DNA of 64,000 nucleotides, taken from Candidatus Binatia bacterium (GTDB lineage Bacteria > Desulfobacterota > Binatia > UBA9968 > JAJDTQ01). The notes below the pieces were generated by a model. That model had not been told where the DNA came from and did not search any database. It saw only the letters and a list, made by a program, of their open reading frames with translations. Both the position numbers and the translations under genes were made by a program. The DNA is taken from the NCBI GenBank assembly GCA_022824205.1, contig JAJEAI010000041.1, positions 856 through 64,855 of the forward strand, in the 5' to 3' direction. Shown piece after piece: positions 17,219 to 26,130 of the stretch; within the stretch, counting starts at the first letter, position 1; every line of letters begins with the position of its first letter.

Positions 17219-17673
17219 CCCGCGACAAGGACCCCGAACTGCGACAAACTGTCCTGACACTGGTCGCCTTTCACGACGTTGAATCGAAGGTCGACCTGAT
17301 CGAGCGCCGCATCGCGGACGGCGACGACTACCTCGACCTTTTGACCGACAGCTTCACGCGTGAGTTGCTTGGCGAAGACGGCTACTTGACCGCCCTGCTG
17401 GAAATCTGCGCCCGAAAAGTCCTGTACGAGAACGCCTACTGGAACATGCTGGCCGATCTCCGCAACCGCGGTCATCTGGACCAGAACGGCTACAATCAAC
17501 TGCTCGACAAGCTCCACGCCCGGAAGCTCATCGACGACCTCAACTATCGTCGCTGGAGTAGACGAGACGCTCCAGCACTACAGGACGACCCCCTACCACA
17601 CGTGGCTGAATCAGCACCGGACTACTATCCGAAGAGCCGTCTGAAAAACGGACAAAACGACCTGTTTGACTGA
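17215..17673 (+). CDS. Hypothetical protein (152 aa)
   Basis: TTG start overlapping the previous stop. No recognisable motifs (MTRDKDPELRQTVLTLVAFHDVESKVDLIERRIADGDDYLDLL...). Confidence 0.4.
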   Translation: MTRDKDPELRQTVLTLVAFHDVESKVDLIERRIADGDDYLDLLTDSFTRELLGEDGYLTALLEICARKVLYENAYWNMLADLRNRGHLDQNGYNQLLDKLHARKLIDDLNYRRWSRRDAPALQDDPLPHVAESAPDYYPKSRLKNGQNDLFD

Positions 17674-17824
17674 TACCAGTATCTCAGCCGCTCGCCCGAA
17701 CGAGCGCGTCCCATCTCAATCACAGCCAAACGAGCCAGATGATCTTCGAATACGCAACCTCGGCGGTGTCCATGTGGCCGGATTGTAAGCTATACTTGTA
17801 TATCCGTTGAGAGGGGGAGCCGTT

Positions 17825-18049
17825 ATGCTCGCGATCAGACTGCCCGCCGAGGTGGAAGCCCGCCTTGATGCGCTGGCGAAAGCCACGGGTCGGACCAAGA
17901 CCTTTTACGCCCGCGAGGCCATCCTGAAGCACTTGGAAGACCTCGAAGACTTGTACTTGGCCGAACAGCGCCTGATCGAGAGCCGCGCCGGACGATCCGA
18001 AAGCCTACCGCTTGAAGAAGTAATGAAACGCTATGGCATGGAAGGTTGA
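17825..18049 (+). CDS. Ribbon-helix-helix (CopG/RelB/ParD-like) type II antitoxin
   Basis: MLAIRLPAEVEARLDALAKATGRTKTFYAREAILKHLEDLEDLYLAEQRL. ATG at 17825 with AGGGGGAG RBS. Confidence 0.75.
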   Translation: MLAIRLPAEVEARLDALAKATGRTKTFYAREAILKHLEDLEDLYLAEQRLIESRAGRSESLPLEEVMKRYGMEG

Positions 18050-18094
18050 GCTTGACCGTGGCGCTGTGCGCGACCTTGACAAGGGGGATCAACC

Positions 18095-18358
18095 ATGGCT
18101 GCCAATCAACTTGTCCAGGCCCGCATCGACGGGGCCGTGAAAGAGGAAGCGGCCGCCGTGTTGGCTGCGATGGGGCTTACGGTGTCCGATGCAGTGCGGC
18201 TTCTGCTGACCAAGATTGCCCAGGAAAAGGCATTGCCTTTCGAGCCACTGATTCCAAACCCCATCACTATCGAGGCGATGAAGGAGGCCCGCAAGCGCGG
18301 CCTGCCCCGGTTCGACAGCGTACAGACCCTCGTGGACGATCTGAAAACGGAAGATTGA
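18095..18358 (+). CDS. RelB/DinJ-family type II antitoxin
   Basis: VQARIDGAVKEEAAAVLAAMGLTVSDAVRLLLTKIAQEKALPFEPLIPNPITIEAMKEARKRG is a characteristic DinJ/RelB sequence. Confidence 0.8.
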   Translation: MAANQLVQARIDGAVKEEAAAVLAAMGLTVSDAVRLLLTKIAQEKALPFEPLIPNPITIEAMKEARKRGLPRFDSVQTLVDDLKTED

Positions 18359-18383
18359 GCGTACTGTCCAAGGGGACCAACCC

Positions 18384-18617
18384 ATGCCCGTGGTCAACGT
18401 CGATCAAGCCAAGACCCAACTCTCCCGCCTGTTGGCGCAGGTCGAGGCGGGCGAGGAAGTGGTTATCACGCGCCAGGGTGAACCCGTCGCGCGACTTGTC
18501 CGCTACAAGCGGCCGGGCAAGCGGCAATCCGGCACCCCGGAGGGGCGAATCGTCGTGGACGACAGCATCCTCGATCCTCTCCCGGAGGATGAGTTGAAGT
18601 TGTGGGAAGGTGGTTAG
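18384..18617 (+). CDS. Phd/YefM-type (VapB-like) antitoxin
   Basis: MPVVNVDQAKTQLSRLLAQVEAGEEVVITRQGEPVARLV...IVVDDSILDPLPEDELKLWEG matches prevent-host-death-family antitoxins usually paired with VapC. No PIN gene follows. Confidence 0.8.
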   Translation: MPVVNVDQAKTQLSRLLAQVEAGEEVVITRQGEPVARLVRYKRPGKRQSGTPEGRIVVDDSILDPLPEDELKLWEGG

Positions 18618-18668
18618 CGTGTCTCACAAACGACACTTATCCAGCAGGGGAGAGAAGGGAGAAGCAGC

Positions 18669-18986
18669 ATGACCCCGCTCGAAATCGTATTCGCCGCGGC
18701 GTCCCTGGCACTTCAGACCGTCGCCGTTGGGGCCATCTTCTACGGCATCGGCCAAATGCGCCGGGCCGGAGACCAACGCGAGAAGCGCGAGGATGCCCGG
18801 CACTCCGAAACCATGGAAGCGCTACGCCAGCAGGGCGAAGTGCTCCAGGCACTTGTCCGGGGTATTGAACAGCAAGGCGAAGCTCTCCGGCAGCAAGCCG
18901 AAGCACTCAAACAGCAAGGCGAAGCGCTCCGGCAACAGGGCGAAGCGCTCAAGATCGTAATCGAGAGAACCGCCGCCCCGGCCTAG
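18669..18986 (+). CDS. Small membrane-anchored coiled-coil protein with tandem heptad repeats
   Basis: N-terminal hydrophobic helix (IVFAAASLALQTVAVGAIFYGIG), then QQGEVLQALVRGIEQQGEALRQQAEALKQQGEALRQQGEALK, encoded by four or five 21-bp tandem DNA repeats (cagcaaggcgaagcKctccgg). Purine-rich RBS. Confidence 0.6.
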   Translation: MTPLEIVFAAASLALQTVAVGAIFYGIGQMRRAGDQREKREDARHSETMEALRQQGEVLQALVRGIEQQGEALRQQAEALKQQGEALRQQGEALKIVIERTAAPA

Positions 18987-19144
18987 CTAGGAGTCCTCAC
19001 GGAAAGCGATGCCCGGCATCAGTGCCCTTCGCCCTCGCTCCTTCTCCTTGACACCCCGACACCCGCAACCCACAATGAAGGATGCTCCGGCGCCACGCCC
19101 TCCCGGCTCTTTTCGGACCGGGCCGAGGGCGCCGGCATGGATCC

Positions 19145-19291
19145 ATGATCGAGCTTCTTGTGACCTATCCGGGTCTCGTGTTTATCGGACTGTCGATGTT
19201 GGTGGTTCTCGACACGGTGAGCGGGAACTTGCCTCCGGCGGCGCTGGTGCCGTTCGCCTTGGGCACGGTGGTGGCGGTGATCCTTTTGTGA
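19145..19291 (+). CDS. Possible 48-aa two-helix membrane peptide
   Basis: MIELLVTYPGLVFIGLSMLVVLDTVSGNLPPAALVPFALGTVVAVILL is hydrophobic. Weak call. Confidence 0.3.
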   Translation: MIELLVTYPGLVFIGLSMLVVLDTVSGNLPPAALVPFALGTVVAVILL

Positions 19292-19328
19292 GGCGGTGCC
19301 GGCCGGTGCCGGGAGTGGAGCCGAGAGA

Positions 19329-20153
19329 ATGACAGGACCTTTTGCGCGGGCGTGGGCGGCATCCGGAGTGCTCTTCCTGACGGCGTTGTTCGTGGGCGGG
19401 GTGGCGATGGCCCAGATCCAGTCCACAAACCCGGACGAGCCGGCGTCACCGCTGTTGCGGCAGGGGACGATCATGGAAGAGGATCTGACCGGCTCAGCGC
19501 CGGAACCGGCGCCGTCCGTTGGGCAGACCGTGCCCGAGACACCCGCCGTGACGGAACCGCTGGCCCGGCCCGAGGGGCAACCAAACGTCCCGAGGCCGGG
19601 ACCGGAAAAGGCGGAACCGGAGGCGTCGCGCCCGGCAACGGCGGTTCTCGCGCCACAACCAGCGCCGGCCGCCCCCGCGTCCGATGTCCGATCCGACCAC
19701 GGCACCGGGGACTCCTACCCGTTGCCGGACCTGACCGCGGCGACGGGCACGGCCTTACCGCAGCGCGAGGCGTCGATGAAGCTGTTGCAGCAAGGTCGGA
19801 CACTGCTTCGAGCGGAGAGCCACGACGCCGCGCTGGCGCGCTTCGAGCAGGCCATTCGGGTGGACTCGACCAATCCCTACAGCCATTACTTCGTTGCCCG
19901 CGCGCACTACTTCCTGGGCAACTATCGCGAGTCCCTGAACTTTCTCGAGGTCGCGGAATCGGGCCTGGCGGTAGACGACAGGTGGCTCGCGGAGGTGTAC
20001 GTCCTGCGCGCTCGCAACGCCACCGCTCTCGGCTTTCACGCGCGCGCCGACCTCGACTACGTGCGCGCGTTGAGACTCCAGCCGTTCCACGGCTACTCGC
20101 TAGCGCGCCTCACCTCCGTCGAGCCGCTGGCGCGCGCGGGCCGCAATCCCTGA
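19329..20153 (+). CDS. Secreted Pro-rich protein with C-terminal TPR-like repeats
   Basis: Signal-peptide-like MTGPFARAWAASGVLFLTALFVGGVAMAQ, a Pro/Ala-rich linker, and a C-terminus ALARFEQAIRVDSTNPYSHYFVARAHYFLGNYRESL (TPR-like). Confidence 0.55.
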   Translation: MTGPFARAWAASGVLFLTALFVGGVAMAQIQSTNPDEPASPLLRQGTIMEEDLTGSAPEPAPSVGQTVPETPAVTEPLARPEGQPNVPRPGPEKAEPEASRPATAVLAPQPAPAAPASDVRSDHGTGDSYPLPDLTAATGTALPQREASMKLLQQGRTLLRAESHDAALARFEQAIRVDSTNPYSHYFVARAHYFLGNYRESLNFLEVAESGLAVDDRWLAEVYVLRARNATALGFHARADLDYVRALRLQPFHGYSLARLTSVEPLARAGRNP

Positions 20154-20231
20154 CGACGCGCATTGCGACGCGACGCGCGCGCGGAACCTCGCGCCATGGC
20201 ATGAGGAATCGCCCGGGGCTCCGCCGTTGGA

Positions 20232-21191
20232 TCAGGGCGCGACGGCGGGCGGATCCGGCAGTCCGTAGTTCAACGTCAGGCGAACGGTCAGGGAGTTGTC
20301 GGGGACACTGCGGGGTATGGGACCGAAGGGCGCGGTTTCCCGAACGTTGCGCAACGCCTCCACGTCCAGCACGATGAAGCCGGACGACCTGGACAGCTTG
20401 ATGCCTTCGACCTCGCCGTTCTCGCGCACCGCGAAGACCACGTCCACAGCCCCCTCCTGGCGCGTCCGCTTGGCATATTCGGGATAACGCGCGTTGCCGC
20501 CGATCTTCCGCCGCAGCGACTCGACGTAGGCCCACTCTCTCGGGTTGTCCGGCTCTTCCCATGGCTCGGTGTGGGTCACCTGGACGCCCTCGACCGGTGA
20601 GGGTTCGGGCGTTTCCTCGCCACGTTGCCGCCGCCGGATACGCTCCACGGCCTGGTCGATGCGGGCCAGCCGATCCGCCTCTTCGGTCCGCGGGGGTTCC
20701 ACCGGCGCCACCGCACTCACCTCGCCGGGGTCGCCCGCGGGCGACGAGGCGGCCGGCGCCGGCCCTTCGGCCACGGGCGCGGCCGGCGTCCGCGGTTTCC
20801 TGAAGAGCCGCGACAGCATGTCGATCCGGTCTCGCGCCAGTTTGACGCCCGACCGGTGACCGAGCTCCGTGTAGACGCCCAGGACGCGGTGGAAGTCCTT
20901 CAAAGCGTCCAGCGGCTCACCCTTGAGCAGGCGCACCTCCGCCATGTTGTGGAGCGCCAGGGCCAAGGGCAATCGGCTCCCCGCCTGCTCGGCAAGCGAG
21001 ACCGCCTGCCCGAGTTGGTTCAAGGCTTCCAGGTAGCGTTCGGAGCGCGCGTTGCCGCGCGCCTCGACGATCTTCTCATACGCCTGTTGCGCCAGTTCGG
21101 ACGGCGCGCCCGTCTGCGCGTGCGCCATGGCCGCGCCGACCAGGAGCCACGCCAACACCAGCGCCCGGCGGCACACTCTCAGTCGGTTCAA
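20232..21191 (-). CDS. TonB-family protein (signal peptide, TPR-like region, Pro-rich spacer, TonB C-terminal domain)
   Basis: C-terminal YPEYAKRTRQEGAVDVVFAVRENGEVEGIKLSRSSGFIVLDVEALRNV is a TonB_C domain. Start uncertain: TTG at 21191 (MNRLRVCRRALVLAWLLVGAAMAHA) or GTG at 21176. The track ORF extends spuriously through proC. Confidence 0.65.
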   Translation of the reverse strand: MNRLRVCRRALVLAWLLVGAAMAHAQTGAPSELAQQAYEKIVEARGNARSERYLEALNQLGQAVSLAEQAGSRLPLALALHNMAEVRLLKGEPLDALKDFHRVLGVYTELGHRSGVKLARDRIDMLSRLFRKPRTPAAPVAEGPAPAASSPAGDPGEVSAVAPVEPPRTEEADRLARIDQAVERIRRRQRGEETPEPSPVEGVQVTHTEPWEEPDNPREWAYVESLRRKIGGNARYPEYAKRTRQEGAVDVVFAVRENGEVEGIKLSRSSGFIVLDVEALRNVRETAPFGPIPRSVPDNSLTVRLTLNYGLPDPPAVAP

Positions 21192-21232
21192 CAGATGGCG
21201 GCCCTTCTCGTCCTCGAAGCGGCAGGTCCGCA

Positions 21233-22051
21233 CTAGTGCTCGCCCCTCCCCAGGGCTTCCGAACGCTCCGTCGCCTGGATCACCGCCTCCATGATGGTGG
21301 CGCGAAAAGCCCCCTGCTCCAGGGCGAAGAGACCGGCGGCGGTGGTCCCGGCGGGCGACGTGACGGCGTCGCGCAACTCGGCGAGGTGCCCCTTGGACTC
21401 CCGTGCCATGACCGCGGAGCCGTAGACGGTTTGCAGCGCCAGATCGAGAGCGACGTCGCGGCCGAGCCCCATCTGCACGCCGCCCGCGGTGAGGGCCTCG
21501 ATGAACAGGAAGACGTACGCCGGGCCGCTGCCGCTCAAGGCGGTCACGGCGTCGAGATGATGCTCCTCCACGGTGACCGCGACGCCCACGCTCGAAAGGA
21601 TCCGTCCAACCCTGTCGAGGTCTTCGTCCTTCGCCCATTGGCCTCCGGAGTAGGCCGAGGCCGCCTCTCCCACGAGGCAGGGCGTGTTGGGCATGACCCG
21701 AACCACGCGCGTGCCCTCGGGCAGATGCCCCTCGATGCGCGCCAGCGGCACCCCGGCCGCGATGGACACCACCAGCTTGTCTTCCAGCAAGGTGCCGGCG
21801 AGTTCCCGCAGCACCGCGTCGATGACCTGGGGCTTGACCGCGAGCACCACGATGTCCGAGGACTTCGCCAACTCGACGTTGTCCTTCACGAACCGGACAC
21901 CGGTCTCGTCGACCAGCGCCTTCCCCAACGCCTCGATGGGATCGCTCGCAACCAACTGGCTCCGATCCACCAGACCGGCGCGCAAAATTCCCTTGATGAT
22001 GGCGCTGCCCATCTTGCCGGCGCCGATGAAACCGATCCTGTCCTGGAGCAT
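21233..22051 (-). CDS. proC: Pyrroline-5-carboxylate reductase
   Basis: IGFIGAGKMGSAI NAD(P)-binding fold and full-length ProC similarity. AAGGAGG RBS. Confidence 0.9.
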   Translation of the reverse strand: MLQDRIGFIGAGKMGSAIIKGILRAGLVDRSQLVASDPIEALGKALVDETGVRFVKDNVELAKSSDIVVLAVKPQVIDAVLRELAGTLLEDKLVVSIAAGVPLARIEGHLPEGTRVVRVMPNTPCLVGEAASAYSGGQWAKDEDLDRVGRILSSVGVAVTVEEHHLDAVTALSGSGPAYVFLFIEALTAGGVQMGLGRDVALDLALQTVYGSAVMARESKGHLAELRDAVTSPAGTTAAGLFALEQGAFRATIMEAVIQATERSEALGRGEH

Positions 22052-22206
22052 GGAGCCTCCTTGCGGAACCCGTGCGCGAGTCGGCGCAACGTGGTGTTCC
22101 CCTGCCGTCCCGCGTCACACACCCTGAACTCGCGCGGTGCGGAAACAGAACGGCGGCGGCACTCACCACGGAACGCCGCCGCCCGATACCGAATTTCCGA
22201 GCGCGC

Positions 22207-22605
22207 CTATACGGTCTTGAGTTCTACCGTGCCCTCGGCCACGCCGCGGATGTAGCCTTCGAACCCTTGGGGCGAGAAGGTCCACGTAATCCACAGCGGT
22301 TCGTCATGATCGTTGACGAACCCGTGGTTGGTACGCGGCGGTATGAACACCACCGAACCCGGAACGATCTCCGCGGTCTCGTCTCCCACGGTGGCGGTCG
22401 CCCGGCCGCCGAAGACGAAGAGTATCTCTTCGGCGTCATCGTGGGAGTGCAGGGGGATCTCGCTGTGAGGATCGACTTGCTGGAGGCCCATGGAGAAGTG
22501 GCGTGTCCCGGTGGTGCGGGGCTCGACACAAGGGTAAAGGGTGCGCGGCGCCTCGCCCTCGATGCGCACCACTTCGGCGTCTTGCCTGGAAAAGAAATAC
22601 TTCAT
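22207..22605 (-). CDS. Cupin-domain protein
   Basis: HSHDDAEEILFVFGG...GSVVFIPPRTNHGF, the two-motif cupin signature. Confidence 0.7.
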   Translation of the reverse strand: MKYFFSRQDAEVVRIEGEAPRTLYPCVEPRTTGTRHFSMGLQQVDPHSEIPLHSHDDAEEILFVFGGRATATVGDETAEIVPGSVVFIPPRTNHGFVNDHDEPLWITWTFSPQGFEGYIRGVAEGTVELKTV

Positions 22606-22608
22606 GGG

Positions 22609-23034
22609 CTAGTAGCTCTCTTCCTCCGTATCGTTCGTCGCGAGGCGGCGGAACGTACGGTCCTCGTCGAAGTTCTTCGTCATCCGGGATTCCTTCTCCA
22701 ACTCTTCCTGACAGCGTACGCACAAGCGCGTGAACGGCATCACCTTGAGCCGGCCCACCCCGATGTCCTCGCCGCATTCCTCGCACTCCCCGTAGGAGCC
22801 TTCGCCCAGCCGGGCCAACGCGTCCTCGATGGCCATCAGCTTCGTGCGCTCGCGGTCGTTGAGGATCATGTTGATCTCGCGGTCCCGTTCGTCACTGGCC
22901 AGATCATAGGTGTCGCGTCCTTCGTCCTTGGTGCTCTCCACCTCCTGCTTCAGCCGGTCCGGAAGGTCATCCAGGAGCTGGCTCTTCATGTCGAGCAGGG
23001 TCTCCCGGAATTTCTTCAGTACGTCTTTTCTCAT
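22609..23034 (-). CDS. DksA/TraR-family C4-type zinc-finger transcription factor
   Basis: CEECGEDIGVGRLKVMPFTRLCVRCQE (CxxC...CxxC). Start re-derived to MRKDVLKKF (ATG 23034) with AGGAGA RBS. Confidence 0.75.
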   Translation of the reverse strand: MRKDVLKKFRETLLDMKSQLLDDLPDRLKQEVESTKDEGRDTYDLASDERDREINMILNDRERTKLMAIEDALARLGEGSYGECEECGEDIGVGRLKVMPFTRLCVRCQEELEKESRMTKNFDEDRTFRRLATNDTEEESY

Positions 23035-23134
23035 GGTCGTATCTCCTGGGAAGACACCCAATTGACCACTATTTCAAGGCGGAGTCAACCAGATAAAAGA
23101 GGTCCCCCGGCGACCCCCGTGGGAGGGGTGCCGG

Positions 23135-23839
23135 TCAGGAGCCAAACTCAACGATATCGGTACCTTGCGGTACCTTCAAGCGGAACACCGAGGGGTCCAG
23201 ACCGACCCCGCGCCGGATGTTCTCGAAGGCGAAAGTCCAGAGGTTGCCGCTGCCGTCCTCGATGCGCACGCGGCGGATGTCGTAGCCCTCGGCGTCCACC
23301 GTAAGGGTGATCTCGCGGAGGCCCGTGTTGGCCCGCCTGGGCACCAGCTTGAGCCGGTGTCCGTGGGCGGTGCTTTCCAGCAGCTCGGAACGAAAGTCCC
23401 GCTCCAGCTTGCCGATACCCAGCAGGAACGACAACGGCAGGTCCGAACGAAAAGCCACGCCCACGGCGGTCTTGATGACCTGCCGTTCAGCGGGCTGGTA
23501 GAAGTAGAGATGGCGGCCGTCGGAAAGCACGAACTGTCCCGCGGGCTCCTCGTAGCGCCAGAGCATTCTCCCGGGGCGGCTGAAGTAGAAGCTGCCCCTG
23601 CCCGCGATGCGCCGGTTGAGCGTCCGGTACTCGGTGGTCTGGTGGAATTCGGCGCTGTAGTCCCGCGTCGCGTCGTAGCGCAACTGCACTTGCCGCACCA
23701 CCTCCGCCGCATTTTGTGCGCCAGCTTGCGGCGCCAACAGGGCCAGGAACACCCCGCATCCGAGCGCCACCGCCAGGGCCCGTGAAAGGCCCGAGAGCCG
23801 CGCCAAGCCACCGCTGTCAGGGCCGAGGGAGATTCGCAT
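23135..23839 (-). CDS. lolA: Outer-membrane lipoprotein carrier protein LolA
   Basis: Signal peptide plus the LolA-like pattern (RYDATRDYSAEFHQTTEYRTL...GRMLWRYEEP). Adjacent to ftsK, as in many proteobacteria. Confidence 0.75.
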   Translation of the reverse strand: MRISLGPDSGGLARLSGLSRALAVALGCGVFLALLAPQAGAQNAAEVVRQVQLRYDATRDYSAEFHQTTEYRTLNRRIAGRGSFYFSRPGRMLWRYEEPAGQFVLSDGRHLYFYQPAERQVIKTAVGVAFRSDLPLSFLLGIGKLERDFRSELLESTAHGHRLKLVPRRANTGLREITLTVDAEGYDIRRVRIEDGSGNLWTFAFENIRRGVGLDPSVFRLKVPQGTDIVEFGS

Positions 23840-23872
23840 GTCGTCCTTTCCGTGATCTCGTGTCCTGTCTCG

Positions 23873-26119
23873 TCATTCCTCGATTTTCGGCGCCAGGACC
23901 TCGCGCGGCTTGGCGCCGTCCGCCGGCCCTACGACCCCCTCCCGTTCCATCTTCTCGATCATGCGCGCGGCGCGGTTGTAGCCTACCCTCAGGCGGCGCT
24001 GGACCATGGAGATGGACGCCTGCCGGGTCTCGGTGACCACCGCCACCGCCTGGTCGTACATCTCGTCGTAGTCGTCGTCCAGGCCGTTGAACTCCCCGCC
24101 CCCTTCCGCGCCCGCTTCGAGGATGTCCGGCCGGTACTCGGGCCTCCCTTGCTGCTTGATGAAGTCCGTGACCTTGCCGATCTCCCGGTTGGACACGTAC
24201 GGGCCGTGGAGGCGGATCAGCCGCGCGGTGCCGGGCGGCAGGAAGAGCAGGTCGCCGTCACCCAGGAGCTGCTCCGCTCCCTGGCCGTCCAGGATCGTGC
24301 GCGAGTCGATGCGCGAGGTCACCTGGAAGGAGACTCGCGCCGGGAAGTTCGCCTTGATGAGCCCCGTGATCACGTCCACCGACGGCCGCTGGGTGGCCAG
24401 CACCATGTGGATCCCCGCGGCCCGGGCCTTCTGCGCCAAGCGCGTGATGTGCTCCTCGATGTCCCGTCCCACGGACATCATCAGGTCCGCCAGCTCGTCG
24501 ATGAGGATCACCACCCGCGGCATGCGCCCGTGCTCCAACTCCTCGCTGCCGTCCAGGCGTCCGCCCACCTCCTCCTCGGAGGGGTCCGCGGACGCCGGGA
24601 CGGGCGGCGGTTCCTTCTCCACGATGCGGTTGTAGTTGTCGATGTTGCGCGCGCCCTTGTCGCGCATCAGGCGATAGCGCCGGTCCATTTCCTGGACCGC
24701 CCAGAACAGGGCGGCACGCGCCTCCTTGGGGTCGGTGACCACCGGCGTCAGGAGGTGGGGCAAACCCTCGTACGGCGTCAGCTCGAGCATCTTGGGGTCG
24801 ATCATGATGAAGCGCACGTCGTCCGGCGCGGCCCGGTAGAGGATGCTCAGGATCATCGAGTTGAGCGACACCGACTTGCCCGTGCCGGTGGCGCCGGCCA
24901 CCAGCAGGTGCGGCATGCGCGCGAGGTCGGTGGCGAAGGGAGCGCCGGACACGTCCTTGCCCAAGGCCAGCGGCAGGCTCGCGCCGGAGTCGGCGTAGAC
25001 CGGGTCTTCCAGCATCTCTCGCAGAAAGACCTTCTCCCGCCGGGCGTTGGGCACCTCGATCCCCACGACGGACTCGCCCGGAATCGGCGCCAGAATGCGG
25101 ATGCTCACCGCGCTCAGGGCCATGGCGAGGTCGTCCGCCACGCCCACGATGCGGCGCACCATGACGCCGGGCGCGGGGCGGAACTCGTACACCGTGATGA
25201 CCGGTCCGGGCCTGGCCGCCAACACCTCGCCCTCGATACCGAAGTCCTGAAGCTTCCGCTGGAGCACGAGACAGTTGGCTTCCAGCGAAGCCTTGTCGAC
25301 GCCGGTTTTTTCCCGTGGAGGGGAATCGAGGAACGCCAGGGGCGGGAGGGTGTAACCGTCGCTGAGCTCGGGGAAGACGAACTGTTCGGGCTCCGGCTTG
25401 CGTTTGACCTTCGCCCGCGCCTTCCTCCTGCGTGGCTTGGGTTCCTCCGGGGCCTCCTGCTCGATGACCTCGTCGAGGATGATCGGCGGCGGCTCGAAAT
25501 CCTTGTGCTCCTTCTTGACGTTGACGGGTGCCTCTCCTCCCGGTTTCAGCCGGCGCGCCGACGCCACGGCCGCGTCCATCGAAGAGCGGATCTGGTCCTG
25601 CGCTCCGGCAACGCGACCCCACCAGTTCAGCATGGACGTCTGTGAGAGCAGCATGCCCGCCAGGAAGAACAAGAAAACCGTGATGACCCACGTCCCGGCA
25701 TAGCCGAACATCTCGGTCAGCAACACCTGCGAGAAGCTCCCCAGGACGCCGCCGCCGTCCCGCGCCAACTCCGGCTGGTGTACGAGGCTGAGCAGAATCG
25801 TCACGCCCCAGAGCAGCACGCAGCAGCCGACGAACTGGAGGACGCGCAGCCTGCGCGGTTGGCGGCGGAACAGGCGCAGGGCCATCCACACCAGCAGAAG
25901 CGGCACCAGGTAGGCGGTGACGCCCAGGCCCTGCAGCAGGGCATCGGCCAGATAGGCGCCCACCAGACCACCGAGGTTGAGGGGATCCTGCGAGCCGGAT
26001 GGGACGTTGAAGGAGCGGTCCAGTGGGCTGTAGGAAGCCAGGCTCAGCACCGCGAAGCAGGCGCCCGCCAGCGCCACCGAGCCCCACAGTTCACGATTGA
26101 GTCGGGAACCTTTCTCCAT
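23873..26119 (-). CDS. ftsK: DNA translocase FtsK/SpoIIIE
   Basis: N-terminal TM helices, then the motor domain with Walker A VAGATGTGKSVSLNSMILSI, and a C-terminal gamma domain. Start re-derived to MEKGSRLNRELWG (ATG 26119). Confidence 0.95.
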   Translation of the reverse strand: MEKGSRLNRELWGSVALAGACFAVLSLASYSPLDRSFNVPSGSQDPLNLGGLVGAYLADALLQGLGVTAYLVPLLLVWMALRLFRRQPRRLRVLQFVGCCVLLWGVTILLSLVHQPELARDGGGVLGSFSQVLLTEMFGYAGTWVITVFLFFLAGMLLSQTSMLNWWGRVAGAQDQIRSSMDAAVASARRLKPGGEAPVNVKKEHKDFEPPPIILDEVIEQEAPEEPKPRRRKARAKVKRKPEPEQFVFPELSDGYTLPPLAFLDSPPREKTGVDKASLEANCLVLQRKLQDFGIEGEVLAARPGPVITVYEFRPAPGVMVRRIVGVADDLAMALSAVSIRILAPIPGESVVGIEVPNARREKVFLREMLEDPVYADSGASLPLALGKDVSGAPFATDLARMPHLLVAGATGTGKSVSLNSMILSILYRAAPDDVRFIMIDPKMLELTPYEGLPHLLTPVVTDPKEARAALFWAVQEMDRRYRLMRDKGARNIDNYNRIVEKEPPPVPASADPSEEEVGGRLDGSEELEHGRMPRVVILIDELADLMMSVGRDIEEHITRLAQKARAAGIHMVLATQRPSVDVITGLIKANFPARVSFQVTSRIDSRTILDGQGAEQLLGDGDLLFLPPGTARLIRLHGPYVSNREIGKVTDFIKQQGRPEYRPDILEAGAEGGGEFNGLDDDYDEMYDQAVAVVTETRQASISMVQRRLRVGYNRAARMIEKMEREGVVGPADGAKPREVLAPKIEE

Positions 26120-26130
26120 GAGCGTCCCGC

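Noticed and set aside
17835-18092. Minus-strand ORF considered as a hidden toxin partner of the RHH antitoxin
   Set aside because: It is antisense to the antitoxin gene, with no toxin-family motifs and no RBS.
18740-18952. Minus-strand 70-aa Cys/Ser/Pro-rich ORF
   Set aside because: It is exactly antisense to the 21-bp tandem repeats of the 18669..18986 gene. Its periodic composition is a mirror artefact.
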